A stretch of 23,939 nucleotides of DNA from Kofleriaceae bacterium (GTDB lineage Bacteria > Myxococcota_A > Polyangia > Haliangiales > Haliangiaceae), in assembly GCA_046597055.1 (NCBI GenBank), contig JBKJLC010000213.1, positions 1-23,939 on the forward strand. Reading direction: 5' to 3'. The notes under the pieces were generated by a model. The model worked only from the letters and a program-made list of their open reading frames with translations, ran no database searches and had not been told where the DNA came from. Of this stretch, positions 8,825-20,258 are shown one piece after another. Made by a program: the position numbers and the translations under genes. The stretch's first letter is position 1. Each line of letters begins with the position of its first letter.

Positions 8825-11080
8825 TCAGGTCCCGGTCGCCGGGGCCGGGCGGCGCTCGGGTGGGGTCAGCTGCTGGACCCGCTCGTGGTCGTTGCTCCAG
8901 CTCTCCAGACGCTCGAGCTCCTCGGGCGACAGCCGGCGCAGCACCGACGTCACCATGGCGGGCGCGACGTTGTGGACCACGGACTCCCACACCGTCCGCA
9001 GCTCCTCGTTCTTGCAACTGGTGAACACCGACGCGATCTCGTTCGGCGTCATCACCGACAGCAGGAGCGAGCTGCGCTTCTCGACCTGCGCGGCCGAGCG
9101 GAAGAGGGTGGCGACGTCGTGCGGATCCGGGGTCGCGCGCAGCAGCGCCAGCAGGTCGTTCTCGTCGAGCTCTTCGAGGAGCTTCTGGGCCGGCCACGGA
9201 TGCTTGCGCACGTAGGCCGCCACGGTCTCGGCCCGGTCCTGCTTGTCGTCCAGGCTCTGCAGCATCCGCTGGCGGCCGGCGAGGTCGGCTTGCAGGTAGG
9301 CGAGCCGCTTGCCCATGAACGCGGTCTGGAAGAACGCCTCGCGGATCTGGCGGGGCATCGCGACCCACTCGTCGGGCTCGGGCGCGTCGGCCGAGGTCTT
9401 GCGCTGGCTCTTCTTCGGCTGATCGTTCTGCGCCGTCCACGCCTCGCCGTCGACCTGGAGCTGATCGGCGTAGGCATCCTCGTCGATCGCCGCGGGCGCG
9501 CCGTCGGCGCTGGCCGCCCCGGCCCGGCCCGCCGCGGGCGCGGTCGATGGCGCCAGCCCGACCACCTGCTGATGGACGCCGGCGGACTGGCACGCCGCGC
9601 GGATGCGACCCACCACGTGCGGCGGCATGTAATCGACCAGGTCCTGGACCTGGTCCGCGGTCAGGCCCTTCATCAGCTCGCGCAGGCCGCCCTCCTCGAG
9701 GCGATTGAGCAGCGCGGTCTGCAGCTCGAACTCGCGTCCGCCGGGAAACAGCTCGGCCCGGGTGAAGGTGCTCATCCGGGAAAAGGCCTCGATCTGGACG
9801 GCGAGCTTGAGCTTGAGGAAGAGCCGCCGGTTCGCCGGCGCATCGGGGCGCAGCGTCAGGATGTCCGACGCGGTGCTGGCGTCCGCCGCCGCCACCACCC
9901 GCGGCAGCAGGTCGAGCACGGCCAGGACGTCGTGCGGCTTGAGCCCGCCCGGGTCCTGGTCGGTGAGGAGCTGGAGCACCCGCTCCGGCGCGATCGACCG
10001 CAGCAGCCCGGCCCGCGCCTCGACGTCGCGCTCGGCGCGCAGCAGCTCGCGCTGGCGCGTGAAGCTGGCGCCGGGGAACACCACCTCGGGTGGCACCATC
10101 TGCCAGTCGGCGAGCTCGCGCTGGACCGCGCGCGACGACCCGCCCCCGCCGGCCATCTGGTCGAGGATCGGCGCCGCCGAGGCGCCGGCGACCACCGCAT
10201 CGGCGACCGCATCGGCGTGGCGCTCGTACGGGTCACCGGTCTCCCCGACCCCGCCCTTGAGCTGGACGCCGGCCCGCTGCTGCACCACGTGCGCCGCCTC
10301 GTGGGCCGCGGTGTGGAGATCGGGGCTGCCCGCGAACGCGATCTGGTCGCCGGTGGCGTAGGCCGAGGCGCCCATCGCGGCGGCGGCCTCGGTCGCGGCG
10401 CCGCCGACGTGGGCCTGCACGTGCGAGACGTCGTGGGCGGGCCCGAACCCGGCCTGGATCCGATCGTGGAACGGCAGGCGCTCGGCGGGGCCCGCGACGC
10501 CGCGCGCCGCCGCGGCGTGCACGTCGGTGGTCGCGTCGCCGTCGGCCGAGCGCTGGACCGGCGTGGCGATCAGGTGCATCCCGAACGGATCTCCATGACC
10601 GCCGCGACCGCCGTGGGTCCCGGGCGCCTGCCGCTGGAGCGGCGCGCTGGCGGCCGCGGGGTCGGCCGCGGCGGGCTCATCATCCCCGCCGCCCGCGGCG
10701 GCGCCCGGGTCGACCGGGTCGCGCTCGCCCGCGCAGATCGCGTCGGCGAGCTCCTCGCTGACCACGTCGACCGCGAACTCGGCGAACATCGGGTGCGCGG
10801 GGTCGAGGTGGCTCAGCAGGCGGGCCATGGCCTCGACCCGCAGCAGGCACTGCGTCCACTCGGCCCGGGCATCATCGGCGCCAGCGTCGATCCGGGCCTT
10901 CACCGCGGTGGCGGCGTGCACCGCGTCGCGCAGGCTGCGCGCGTGGACCGTGGCGCGGCCGGGGTCGCGACCGAGCCCGGCCGTGCGCGTCTTCTTGCCC
11001 GCCGCGCGCTCCGGTTCGCCCCGCGCCTCGGCGCCCCGGACCTCGGACTCCCTCGCCCCCTGTACGCCATCGATCGTCAT
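8825..11080 (-). CDS. DUF4157 (eCIS core domain) protein with an unrecognised helical C-terminal region
   Basis: [24 protein letters not shown]...[13 protein letters not shown]...[37 protein letters not shown], plus several (L/V)QR motifs. Start codon uncertain. Confidence 0.85.
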   Translation of the reverse strand: MTIDGVQGARESEVRGAEARGEPERAAGKKTRTAGLGRDPGRATVHARSLRDAVHAATAVKARIDAGADDARAEWTQCLLRVEAMARLLSHLDPAHPMFAEFAVDVVSEELADAICAGERDPVDPGAAAGGGDDEPAAADPAAASAPLQRQAPGTHGGRGGHGDPFGMHLIATPVQRSADGDATTDVHAAAARGVAGPAERLPFHDRIQAGFGPAHDVSHVQAHVGGAATEAAAAMGASAYATGDQIAFAGSPDLHTAAHEAAHVVQQRAGVQLKGGVGETGDPYERHADAVADAVVAGASAAPILDQMAGGGGSSRAVQRELADWQMVPPEVVFPGASFTRQRELLRAERDVEARAGLLRSIAPERVLQLLTDQDPGGLKPHDVLAVLDLLPRVVAAADASTASDILTLRPDAPANRRLFLKLKLAVQIEAFSRMSTFTRAELFPGGREFELQTALLNRLEEGGLRELMKGLTADQVQDLVDYMPPHVVGRIRAACQSAGVHQQVVGLAPSTAPAAGRAGAASADGAPAAIDEDAYADQLQVDGEAWTAQNDQPKKSQRKTSADAPEPDEWVAMPRQIREAFFQTAFMGKRLAYLQADLAGRQRMLQSLDDKQDRAETVAAYVRKHPWPAQKLLEELDENDLLALLRATPDPHDVATLFRSAAQVEKRSSLLLSVMTPNEIASVFTSCKNEELRTVWESVVHNVAPAMVTSVLRRLSPEELERLESWSNDHERVQQLTPPERRPAPATGT

Positions 11081-11208
11081 CGCCCGCCCCCGCCGGCCAC
11101 ACCCGAAGTTCCCGCGTGCTGTTTCATGCCGGGGCTGTCGGCTGGCCGCCCTGCCGGTTGCGTGGACGAGGCGCTTTCCGCGCAAGTCGCGCCGATCGCT
11201 CGGCTTTC

Positions 11209-11406
11209 ATGCCATCACCTCGGCCGGATCGGGCCGACGGCGAGCTGACGGTCGGCGCCGGGCTCGACCTGGCCTCGACCGACGTGCTCACGTCGGGACA
11301 CCTGACCTCCGGCGTGGTCAGCATCCAGCTCGCGAGAAACGCCCTCGACACCGCGGACATCGAGCTGCAGGTAGCCATAATCTTCGAAGAAGCGTTTCGG
11401 TCATGA
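11209..11406 (+). CDS. Short ORF or 3' remnant of a larger gene, coupled to the next ORF
   Basis: Coding-like, GC3-rich codons from ~11230 (RADGELTVGAGLDLASTDVL...IIFEEAFRS). TGA overlaps the ATG of the next ORF (ATGA 11403-11406). Confidence 0.4.
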   Translation: MPSPRPDRADGELTVGAGLDLASTDVLTSGHLTSGVVSIQLARNALDTADIELQVAIIFEEAFRS

Positions 11407-11699
11407 CCACTCGAGAAGACATCGTCAGCTCGATCGGCGAGTGCCTGAGAGCTGGCGCCGCCTACCACCACTGCGACGGCGACGGGTACCACGACAAAGT
11501 TACCTATCGAGACGGCCGCTATGTCCACATCGATGGATTCCGCTCGATCTCGAATTCGCCGACTCCGCTCACCGACGAACACGGCGCGGTGGCGCTGATC
11601 TGCGCACTCCACCCCCGGAGCTCGACGGAGAGCGAGAGCGAGAGCGAGAGCGACCTTCTCCAGTCAATTCTCGCGACGCTCGAGGCCCAGAGACCCTGA
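11403..11699 (+). CDS. Small hypothetical protein (98 aa), possible immunity-type protein
   Basis: MTTREDIVSSIGECLRAGAAYHHCDGDGYHDKVTYRDGRYVHIDGF... has protein-like composition, visibly lower GC than the flanks, and ATGA coupling. Confidence 0.6.
   Translation: MTTREDIVSSIGECLRAGAAYHHCDGDGYHDKVTYRDGRYVHIDGFRSISNSPTPLTDEHGAVALICALHPRSSTESESESESDLLQSILATLEAQRP
11628..11651 (+). repeat. (GAGAGC)4 hexanucleotide tandem repeat, in frame (Glu-Ser)4
   Basis: Read directly from the sequence. Confidence 0.9.
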
Positions 11700-12002
11700 C
11701 AGGACGCATCATTGATTCCAGGGGCCGCGTGCTCCGGTCCCAGCGATCCGCCGATGTCCCGAGAGGAAGCCCTACGAGGGCTGCAGCAAGTGACCGACTC
11801 CATCGCGGCGACTCCGCCGCAACCCCTGAAGCGATGCGATCCCTCGTCAGCGTGCGCGCCGAGCGGAAGCCGTGCGCCGCGGGGCCCACGAGGCGCTCGC
11901 TCACCGCGCGCGCTGACCGTCGGCCTCGTCGCTGCGCGAGCCGACACGCGACGATCCGGAGCCGGGTTTGCCCGGAGCGGCGGCAGGGTGCGCAGGCTGT
12001 GA

Positions 12003-14159
<2,157 letters not shown>

Positions 14160-15308
14160 CTACGACCGATCGCCGGTCTCGAGCTCGTCGAAGTCGCCAG
14201 GCTCGAGCTCATCGGACGGGTCGGCCGACCGACCGTCGAGGTGCGACGGCCGCGGCTTGCTGTCGCTGAAGGCGTCGAGCGCGATCTCGCCGTAGTCGAT
14301 CTCCTGGGAGCCCTCGAGCTCCTGGATCTCCATGATGTCGAGCTCGGAGGTGTTGCCGTTGCTGTTGCGCACCGAGCCGTCGGCGAGCGGGCCGCGCGCG
14401 TCGCGCAACAGGCTGGCCGAGTCGAGCAGCTCGATCCGACCGGTGGCGACGTCGTCCTGCACGTCCCGCGGCGGCAGTTTGCGCCCCATCAGGCAGCCCG
14501 CCTTGATGGTCACCTGAAACGCGCGATCGCCGAAGTAGGCGTCGATGGCCTCCTTGATGTACCAGAACGTGTCCTGCAGCTCCTGGCCGTTGCCGGCGAT
14601 CGACTTCCACTCCGCCAGCGGGCCGTACTCGACGACCGGCGCGAAGAAGAACTCGCGCGAACTCTTGAACAGCAGCGAGAACTCGTCGACCTCGACCTGC
14701 GCGTCGAGCCCAGCCGCGGTCAGCCAGGCGTGGCAGTCGTCAGCGGTCGGATAGCTGGCAATGTGGCGATCGAGCCGGTCGAGCGCCTCGTGCTTGTCGT
14801 GCTTGACCAGCACCTCGCGATAGATGTCGTGGAACTCCTGCCACGAGCCCTCGAGCGGCAGCGTGCAGCGCAGCTCGCCACCGAGCTTGGTGACCCGCGC
14901 GAAGTCGCTCAGCGCGCCCTTGGCTGACGGCATCTCGGACAGGCCGAGGTTGCACAGCACCAGATCGTAGACGTCGTCCGCGAATGACAGCCGGGGCACC
15001 GGGCTCTCGGTCCTGAAGAAGACCCCCTTCGAGCCGGTGCCCAGGTCGGCAACCTTGCGCCGCGCCACATCCAGCATCGCGCTCGACGAGTCGATCGCGA
15101 TCACGCGCGCGCCGGCGCCCTTGCGCCGGAGCACCTCGACCAGCGGGTAGCCGGTGCCGCATGCGATGTCGAGGATCTGGCCCCGATCGGGCAACGCGAG
15201 GTTGCGCAGCAGCATCTTCCCGAACCGCGAGCCCCAGACCGGCGCGATCTGGTCGTCGTAGATGCGCGCCAGTTTCTCGAGCTTGTGGCTACGTTTCTGG
15301 ACCGACAC
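14160..15308 (-). CDS. Class I SAM-dependent methyltransferase with an acidic C-terminal tail
   Basis: Motif I ILDIACGTG, VIAIDSS, YDLVLCN. GTG start at 15308 chosen because it follows a sigma70-like promoter and the upstream extension does not look protein-like. Confidence 0.85.
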   Translation of the reverse strand: MSVQKRSHKLEKLARIYDDQIAPVWGSRFGKMLLRNLALPDRGQILDIACGTGYPLVEVLRRKGAGARVIAIDSSSAMLDVARRKVADLGTGSKGVFFRTESPVPRLSFADDVYDLVLCNLGLSEMPSAKGALSDFARVTKLGGELRCTLPLEGSWQEFHDIYREVLVKHDKHEALDRLDRHIASYPTADDCHAWLTAAGLDAQVEVDEFSLLFKSSREFFFAPVVEYGPLAEWKSIAGNGQELQDTFWYIKEAIDAYFGDRAFQVTIKAGCLMGRKLPPRDVQDDVATGRIELLDSASLLRDARGPLADGSVRNSNGNTSELDIMEIQELEGSQEIDYGEIALDAFSDSKPRPSHLDGRSADPSDELEPGDFDELETGDRS

Positions 15309-15319
15309 GATTCCGTCCG

Positions 15320-15347
15320 ATCTTAACCGTGTGCGCAGGCGTTGCAA
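15320..15347 (-). promoter_or_regulatory. Putative sigma70 promoter of the methyltransferase gene
   Basis: Minus strand TTGCAA-N16-TAAGAT, 11 nt before the GTG. Confidence 0.6.
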
Positions 15348-15587
15348 GACTTCCTTGGGGTCCGGATGCCGCGGTGCGGCACGCCGGGCCCGGTGACGCG
15401 CCCGCGGCATCGCCAGCGGCCGTGCGCGGCCCGCGCCCGAACTGGATCTCGACCTGACGTGGCGTGGCGCCGTCGCGCGCCGCCGGCGCGTACCGCGAGC
15501 GGCCGTCACGGTGCGCCGGTGGCAGGGATCGGAACGATCTGGCCACTTCGATCCGCCCCGTCGGAGAGTCGCCTAGGATTCGCCGCC

Positions 15588-16538
15588 ATGGCGGTCCCGA
15601 CGCGCGTCGCTGCAATCTTCCTCCTGGTGTCGGTCGCCGCGGCCACCCCGGCGATGGGTCAGGCCCAGGCGGAGGCCGAGAAGCTGTTCCGCGAGGCCCA
15701 GGCGCTGCGCGCGGCGGGCAAGCTCGCCGAGGCGTGCGACGCGTTCGAGGGCAGCGAGCGCCTCGATCCGTCGCACGCGACGGTGATGAACGTCGCCGAT
15801 TGTCGCGAGCGCAACGGCCAGCTCGCGACCGCGTGGGGCTTGTTCGTCCAGGTCGCCAGCAGGGCGCGGGCGGACGTCGCGCTGGCGGAGGCCGCCGCGA
15901 AGCGCGCCCGCAAGGTCGAGCCCCGGCTCTCGCACCTCATCATCAACGTACCGGATGAGAGCCGACTCGACGGCCTCGCGATCACGCGCAACGGCGCGCC
16001 GGTGGATCCGGCGACGTGGAACCGGGCGATGCCGATCGACGGGGGCACCTACATCGTGGTCGGCAAGGCGCCCGACCACGAGCCGTGGCAGACCGAGGTC
16101 GTGGTCGCGCCCGAGCGCGACAAGCAGTCGGTCGACGTCCCGCGCTTCAAGACGGTGGTGGCGCTGGTCTCGAACGACCCCGCCGCGGAGGTCAGCGAGG
16201 GCCGCTCGCGGCTGACCGGCAGCCGCAAGGTCGCGCTCGGCCTCGGCAGCGCCGCGCTGGTGTCGCTCGGGACCGCCCTGGTGTCCGAGCTGTCGGGTCG
16301 GAGCACCCAGGACGACTACGATCGCGCCCCGGCCGGACCCGCCCGCGACGAGCTGTACGAGCGCGCCAACCGCAAGCACCACCTCGCGCAGGGCCTGGCG
16401 ATCGCCGGCGTCGCGGTGGGCGCGGTCGCGGGCTACCTGTGGCTCACCGGCGCGCCAAAGCGGGGCGAGCGCACGGCGCGGGTCACGCCGCGGTTCACAC
16501 CGGGCTCGGCCAGCCTCGTGATCGCGGGGGGCTTCTGA
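15588..16538 (+). CDS. Secreted TPR + PEGA-like protein
   Basis: Signal peptide, AEAEKLFREAQAL...ACDAFEGSERLDP TPR region, beta-rich IDGGTYIVVGKAPDHEPW PEGA-like region, two hydrophobic helices, terminal SLVIAGGF. Confidence 0.85.
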   Translation: MAVPTRVAAIFLLVSVAAATPAMGQAQAEAEKLFREAQALRAAGKLAEACDAFEGSERLDPSHATVMNVADCRERNGQLATAWGLFVQVASRARADVALAEAAAKRARKVEPRLSHLIINVPDESRLDGLAITRNGAPVDPATWNRAMPIDGGTYIVVGKAPDHEPWQTEVVVAPERDKQSVDVPRFKTVVALVSNDPAAEVSEGRSRLTGSRKVALGLGSAALVSLGTALVSELSGRSTQDDYDRAPAGPARDELYERANRKHHLAQGLAIAGVAVGAVAGYLWLTGAPKRGERTARVTPRFTPGSASLVIAGGF

Positions 16539-18265
16539 TGCGCACCAGGCTGGGCTCCTTCGCGATGCTCCTCACGCTCGCCGCGGCCTGCGACTATCCG
16601 CGCACCGATCCCGCCGGCGGCGACGGGGACGCCGCCCCGAACGACGGCGGGCCCCACGATGCGACCGACGCCTCCAACGGCGTCGGCACCATCTTCGCCG
16701 ACGTCGAGACGCTCGACTTCGGTCAGCTCGAGCTCGCCACCCGTCGCGAGCTCGACGTCACGCTGCGGAACACCGGCGCCGCGCCGGTGACGTTCTCGAC
16801 CCCGACCGTCTCCGGCGCCACCGCGTTCTCGGTGGCGAGCAACCTGTGCCTCGGCGCGCTGGCGCCGAGCACCAACTGCATCATCAAGGTCGCCGCGGTG
16901 CCCGGCGCGACCGGGGCGGCGGCCGGCCAGCTGGCGGTGCCGACCGAGGTCGGCACGCTCTTCGTCGAGCTCACGACCACCGGCGCCGCGCTGGTCACGG
17001 TCACCGCGACCGGGCCCGGCCGCATCACGTCGACCCCGACCGGGATCGACTGTGGCGGCGGCGTCGGCACCGCATGCACCGCGCGCTTCACGGTCGGCGC
17101 GGTCACCCTCGCGACCGACGACGCCACCACCGTCCGCTGGGCCGACGGCTGTCTCGGCAACGGCGCTTGCGGCCTGACCCTCGACGCCGCGCGCGCGGTG
17201 ACCGCTACGACGTTCGCGCCCCTGCGGCGCACCTTCAACGACGACGACAACGGCTTCGACGCCTGCCACGCGATCGCCGCCGGCCCCGGCGATGCGATGG
17301 TGATCGCCGGCGAGGTGCAGCGGGTGGCCCAGGGCTACAACGCGTGGGCGCGCGCGTACGACGCCGCCGGCGCCGTGCAGTGGTCGCACGAGATCAACAC
17401 GCCCAGCGAGGGCCAGGACCGCGGCAACGACGTGGTCGCGCTCGCCGATGGCACGGCGGTGATCGCCGGCAAGTGGTACTCGGGCTCCAACACCCGCCAG
17501 AACCACTTCCTCGCCAAGATCTCGGGGACCGGCACGTCGACCTGGTTCCAGGAGAGCACCATCATCGACGACGACATGTACTTCGGCGTGGCGCGGGACT
17601 CGACCGGTGCGCTGATCACCACCGGGTTCCACCCGGGCCCCGACGACAACGCCCAGGCCTGGATCCGCAAGCTCGCCTCGGGGGGCGCCGGCGAGGCGTG
17701 GGCGGTCCTGCGCGACGGCACCGCCAGCGGAGACGACGCCGCGGTCAAGGTCGGCACCGACTCGGCCAACAACGTGATCGCGGTTGGCTACCAGGCCAAC
17801 GTCACCACCGGTCGCGATGGCTGGATCGCCAAGTACGCCAGCAACGGCGCGCCGATCTGGTCGGTCCCGCTCGCGGGCGCCGGCGCCAGCTCCGACGGAG
17901 CGGTCGACGTCGCGGTCGCCAGCGACGACAGCCTGGTGGTCGTGGGCTATCTGGGCGACTCGAGCTCGATCCGCGCCTACACCGCGGCCGGCGTCGCCCG
18001 CTGGGACGTCACCGCCGCCGGCAACATCTCGTGGCAGGCGGTGGCGGTCGACGCCAACCGCAGCGTCGTGGTCACCGGCAGCCTCGGCGCCGACCTCATC
18101 GTCCGCAAGTACACCGCGGCCGGCGCGCCGGTCTGGCAGCGCCAGGTCCCGGCTGCCAGCGGCCACGGCGTCGCGGTCGACAGCCAGGGCAACGTCCTCG
18201 TCTGCGGCCAGGAGACGGTCGCCGGCAACAAGACCAACGTCCTCGTGCTCAAGTACTACCAGTGA
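16538..18265 (+). CDS. Lipoprotein with Ig-like (choice-of-anchor D/ASH-like) domain, small Cys-containing beta repeat and beta-propeller
   Basis: TGATG overlap with the upstream gene; lipobox LAAA-C; LDFGQ...VTLRNTGAAP; GPGRITSTPTGIDCG; repeated VAVD..GNV.V.G...KY...G...W blades. Confidence 0.82.
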   Translation: MRTRLGSFAMLLTLAAACDYPRTDPAGGDGDAAPNDGGPHDATDASNGVGTIFADVETLDFGQLELATRRELDVTLRNTGAAPVTFSTPTVSGATAFSVASNLCLGALAPSTNCIIKVAAVPGATGAAAGQLAVPTEVGTLFVELTTTGAALVTVTATGPGRITSTPTGIDCGGGVGTACTARFTVGAVTLATDDATTVRWADGCLGNGACGLTLDAARAVTATTFAPLRRTFNDDDNGFDACHAIAAGPGDAMVIAGEVQRVAQGYNAWARAYDAAGAVQWSHEINTPSEGQDRGNDVVALADGTAVIAGKWYSGSNTRQNHFLAKISGTGTSTWFQESTIIDDDMYFGVARDSTGALITTGFHPGPDDNAQAWIRKLASGGAGEAWAVLRDGTASGDDAAVKVGTDSANNVIAVGYQANVTTGRDGWIAKYASNGAPIWSVPLAGAGASSDGAVDVAVASDDSLVVVGYLGDSSSIRAYTAAGVARWDVTAAGNISWQAVAVDANRSVVVTGSLGADLIVRKYTAAGAPVWQRQVPAASGHGVAVDSQGNVLVCGQETVAGNKTNVLVLKYYQ

Positions 18266-18507
18266 CGACCTGACCAGGCCCACGCCGGTCGCCGTGAGCC
18301 AGCCATGGACCGCGCCGCTCTCGAGCGCTTCGCCTCCAGGTCCTCGCCGCTACGCCGAGCGGCTCCAGCGCAGCCCCGCCGTCGTGATGGCGCACGCAAC
18401 CGCCGCGCGCGCCCTCGGGCCCGGTCGCTGATCGGCGGCCGTGGCGGCCTCCGCGCCGCCGGACCGTCGACGGCGAGACCCGCTGGTCGCGGCGTGGTCA
18501 GCGCCCT

Positions 18508-18535
18508 GTAAGAAGTAGACAGTTCTAGTTCTTAC
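18508..18535. promoter_or_regulatory. AT-rich palindrome, probable operator upstream of the hydrolase gene
   Basis: GTAAGAAGTAGA-CAGT-TCTAGTTCTTAC: 12-bp arms with one mismatch. TAGGGT -10-like at 18556 and GGGAGG SD at 18569 follow. Confidence 0.65.
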
Positions 18536-18579
18536 GCACCCCCGGGGGGTGCGAGTAGGGTGCCGCTCGGGAGGCTGCC

Positions 18580-19767
18580 ATGTCGAGCTCGTGCTGGATC
18601 CGGATCACGCTCTTGAGCACCGTCGCGTTCACGCTCGTCGCCTGTGGAGGCAGCCAGCGCGCCGACGACGGTGATGACGACGACGGCGACGGTCCGCAAC
18701 CGACGCAGGACATCGCGGGCTGCGACGGCGCGACGCTCCTGTCGTCGCCCGACGATCCAGCCAAGCCGGGCCCGTGGCCGGTCGGCGCTCGCACCGTGCG
18801 GGTCGGCCGGCTCACCGTCGAGGTCTGGTACCCCGCGACGATCGGCTCGGAGGCCGGCAAGCCCCCGATCCGCTACGACATCCGCGAGGCGCTCAATCCG
18901 TCGCAGCGCACCACCATCCCCGACGCCGACAACCCGTGGCAGGACTGCGACTGCTTCCGTGACCTGCCGCTCGACGCCGCGCACGGCCCGTTCCCGGTGG
19001 TCGTCTTCGTCCACGGCACCGCCGCCTTCCGGCACCAGTCGGTCTCCCAGACCCGGCACTGGGCGAGCCGCGGCTTCGTCGTCATCGCCGCCGACCACCC
19101 AGGCCTCATGCTCGGCGACTTCCTGGCGATGGCGTGCCCCGACGATCCGTCGGGCGCCCGCGACCTGTCGGCCGACATCGACGCCATGCTGGCCGCGGTC
19201 ACCGCGCCCACCGGCGACCTCGGCTTCCTCGCCGGCAAGCTCGCCACCGATCGCGTCGGCATCGTCGGCCACTCGGCCGGCGGCAGCGCCGCAGCCGCCG
19301 CCACCGGCAAGCCCGGCGTGCGCGTGGTCGCCTCGCTGGCCGGCGGCTCCGCGGCGCCCGCGTCGTCGACCCTCGAGGACGTGCTCTTCATGGGCGGCAC
19401 CAACGACACCGTCGTCCAGTTCTCGAGCGTGACCTCGGCCTGGACCGGGTCGGCGACCCCGCGCCACCTGGTCGGCATCGGCGGCGCCGGCCACCTCGTG
19501 TTCAGCGACCTGTGCGAGACCAAGAACGCCGCGAACAAGAACCTCCTCGCGATCGCCAACGACTACCAGCTCTGCGGCGCCGCCTTTGCCGGCCTCCTGT
19601 TCGACTGCAACCCCGAGTACGTCGGCGGCCAGGTCGGCTGGGACATCACCAACTACGCCACCACCGCCGCGTTCGAGAAGACCCTCCACTGCTCGACCTC
19701 GACGCCGGCGATCGACACCGTCGAGGCCGCCTACTCGCAGGTCGACACGTACATGGAAGTTCTCTAG
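18580..19767 (+). CDS. Alpha/beta-hydrolase lipoprotein (PAF-acetylhydrolase/chlorophyllase-like)
   Basis: Lipobox LVA-C; VEVWYPA, PVVVFVHG, ASRGFVVIAADHPG, nucleophile GHSAGG, GGTNDTVV (Asp), GAGHLVF (His). Confidence 0.9.
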   Translation: MSSSCWIRITLLSTVAFTLVACGGSQRADDGDDDDGDGPQPTQDIAGCDGATLLSSPDDPAKPGPWPVGARTVRVGRLTVEVWYPATIGSEAGKPPIRYDIREALNPSQRTTIPDADNPWQDCDCFRDLPLDAAHGPFPVVVFVHGTAAFRHQSVSQTRHWASRGFVVIAADHPGLMLGDFLAMACPDDPSGARDLSADIDAMLAAVTAPTGDLGFLAGKLATDRVGIVGHSAGGSAAAAATGKPGVRVVASLAGGSAAPASSTLEDVLFMGGTNDTVVQFSSVTSAWTGSATPRHLVGIGGAGHLVFSDLCETKNAANKNLLAIANDYQLCGAAFAGLLFDCNPEYVGGQVGWDITNYATTAAFEKTLHCSTSTPAIDTVEAAYSQVDTYMEVL

Positions 19768-19791
19768 CCGGCGATTGGCCGCGCGGCACGC

Positions 19792-19821
19792 GCGGTTCAC
19801 GGGTGCCGCCTCGTGAACCGC
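19792..19821 (+). terminator. Stem-loop after the hydrolase stop, terminator-like
   Basis: GCGGTTCACG-N10-CGTGAACCGC, a perfect 10-bp stem about 25 nt after TAG; no U-tract. Confidence 0.5.
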
Positions 19822-19862
19822 CGCCGCGCGCGCGCCGTGCAGCTCTCGATCGCTCCGATCGC

Positions 19863-20100
19863 CGGGCGCGCCGGCCCAGACCCCGTCCGCGTACGAAAGG
19901 CGACCGATCGCGCAGCCCTCGACGTTCTTGTTGTCGCCGGCGCGCGCGCACACCGCCACGGCGACCTGGTCACCGAGCGGCGACCAGTCCGGGTGGGTGG
20001 TGAGCAGGCCACCGGTCGGCACCCGGCCGCGGTCGGGCCCGAGCGTCGCGCCGGTGTCGGCGTCGAGGACCGTCATCACGCCGGCTGACGCGATCAGCTC
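19863..20100 (-). pseudogene. Internal fragment of a TolB-like/PD40 beta-propeller protein
   Basis: MTVLDADTGATLG...LTTHPDWSPLGDQVAVAVC...GCAIGRLSYADGVW has coding-like codons, but no signal peptide and no proper end (the frame runs antisense into the hydrolase). Confidence 0.55.
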
Positions 20101-20229
20101 GGGGTGGCGCCGCCCGGTCACACCACGGTCGAGCCACGACGGTCACGATCGCGCGCACGGTTGCCACCTGGTTCCATGGATTTCTCGATGGAGCGCGCGA
20201 ACGAGCGCGTGAGAGCCCGGGCGGCCTGG

Positions 20230-20245
20230 TGGCGAGGGGCTTGCA
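20230..20245 (+). promoter_or_regulatory. Putative sigma54 (-24/-12) promoter
   Basis: TGGCGAG-GGGC-TTGCA with exact GG-N10-GC; the -12 C is 15 nt before ATG 20259. Confidence 0.65.
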
Positions 20246-20258
20246 CACAGCGATGGTC

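Noticed and set aside
11122..11213. Direct repeat TTTCATGCC (11122 and 11205) and sigma54-like GGCATG upstream of the DUF4157 gene
   Set aside because: Only two 9-bp copies, and the GG-GC spacing is not N10.
11712..12002. 96-aa ORF (MSREEALRGLQQVTDSIAA...)
   Set aside because: Only a short part looks protein-like, there is no SD, and the rest is low-information. It may be a remnant but cannot be supported.
15365..15411. Inverted repeat GATGCCGCGG...CCGCGGCATC in the divergent intergenic region, as a possible ncRNA or REP
   Set aside because: Single GC-rich copy, plausible by chance, with no recognisable RNA family features.
15309..15509. N-terminal extensions given in the ORF track (also 907-1407, 6571-6927, 7692-8129, 16016-16537)
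   Set aside because: They overlap neighbouring genes or promoters; downstream starts fit coupling, signal peptides and promoter positions better.
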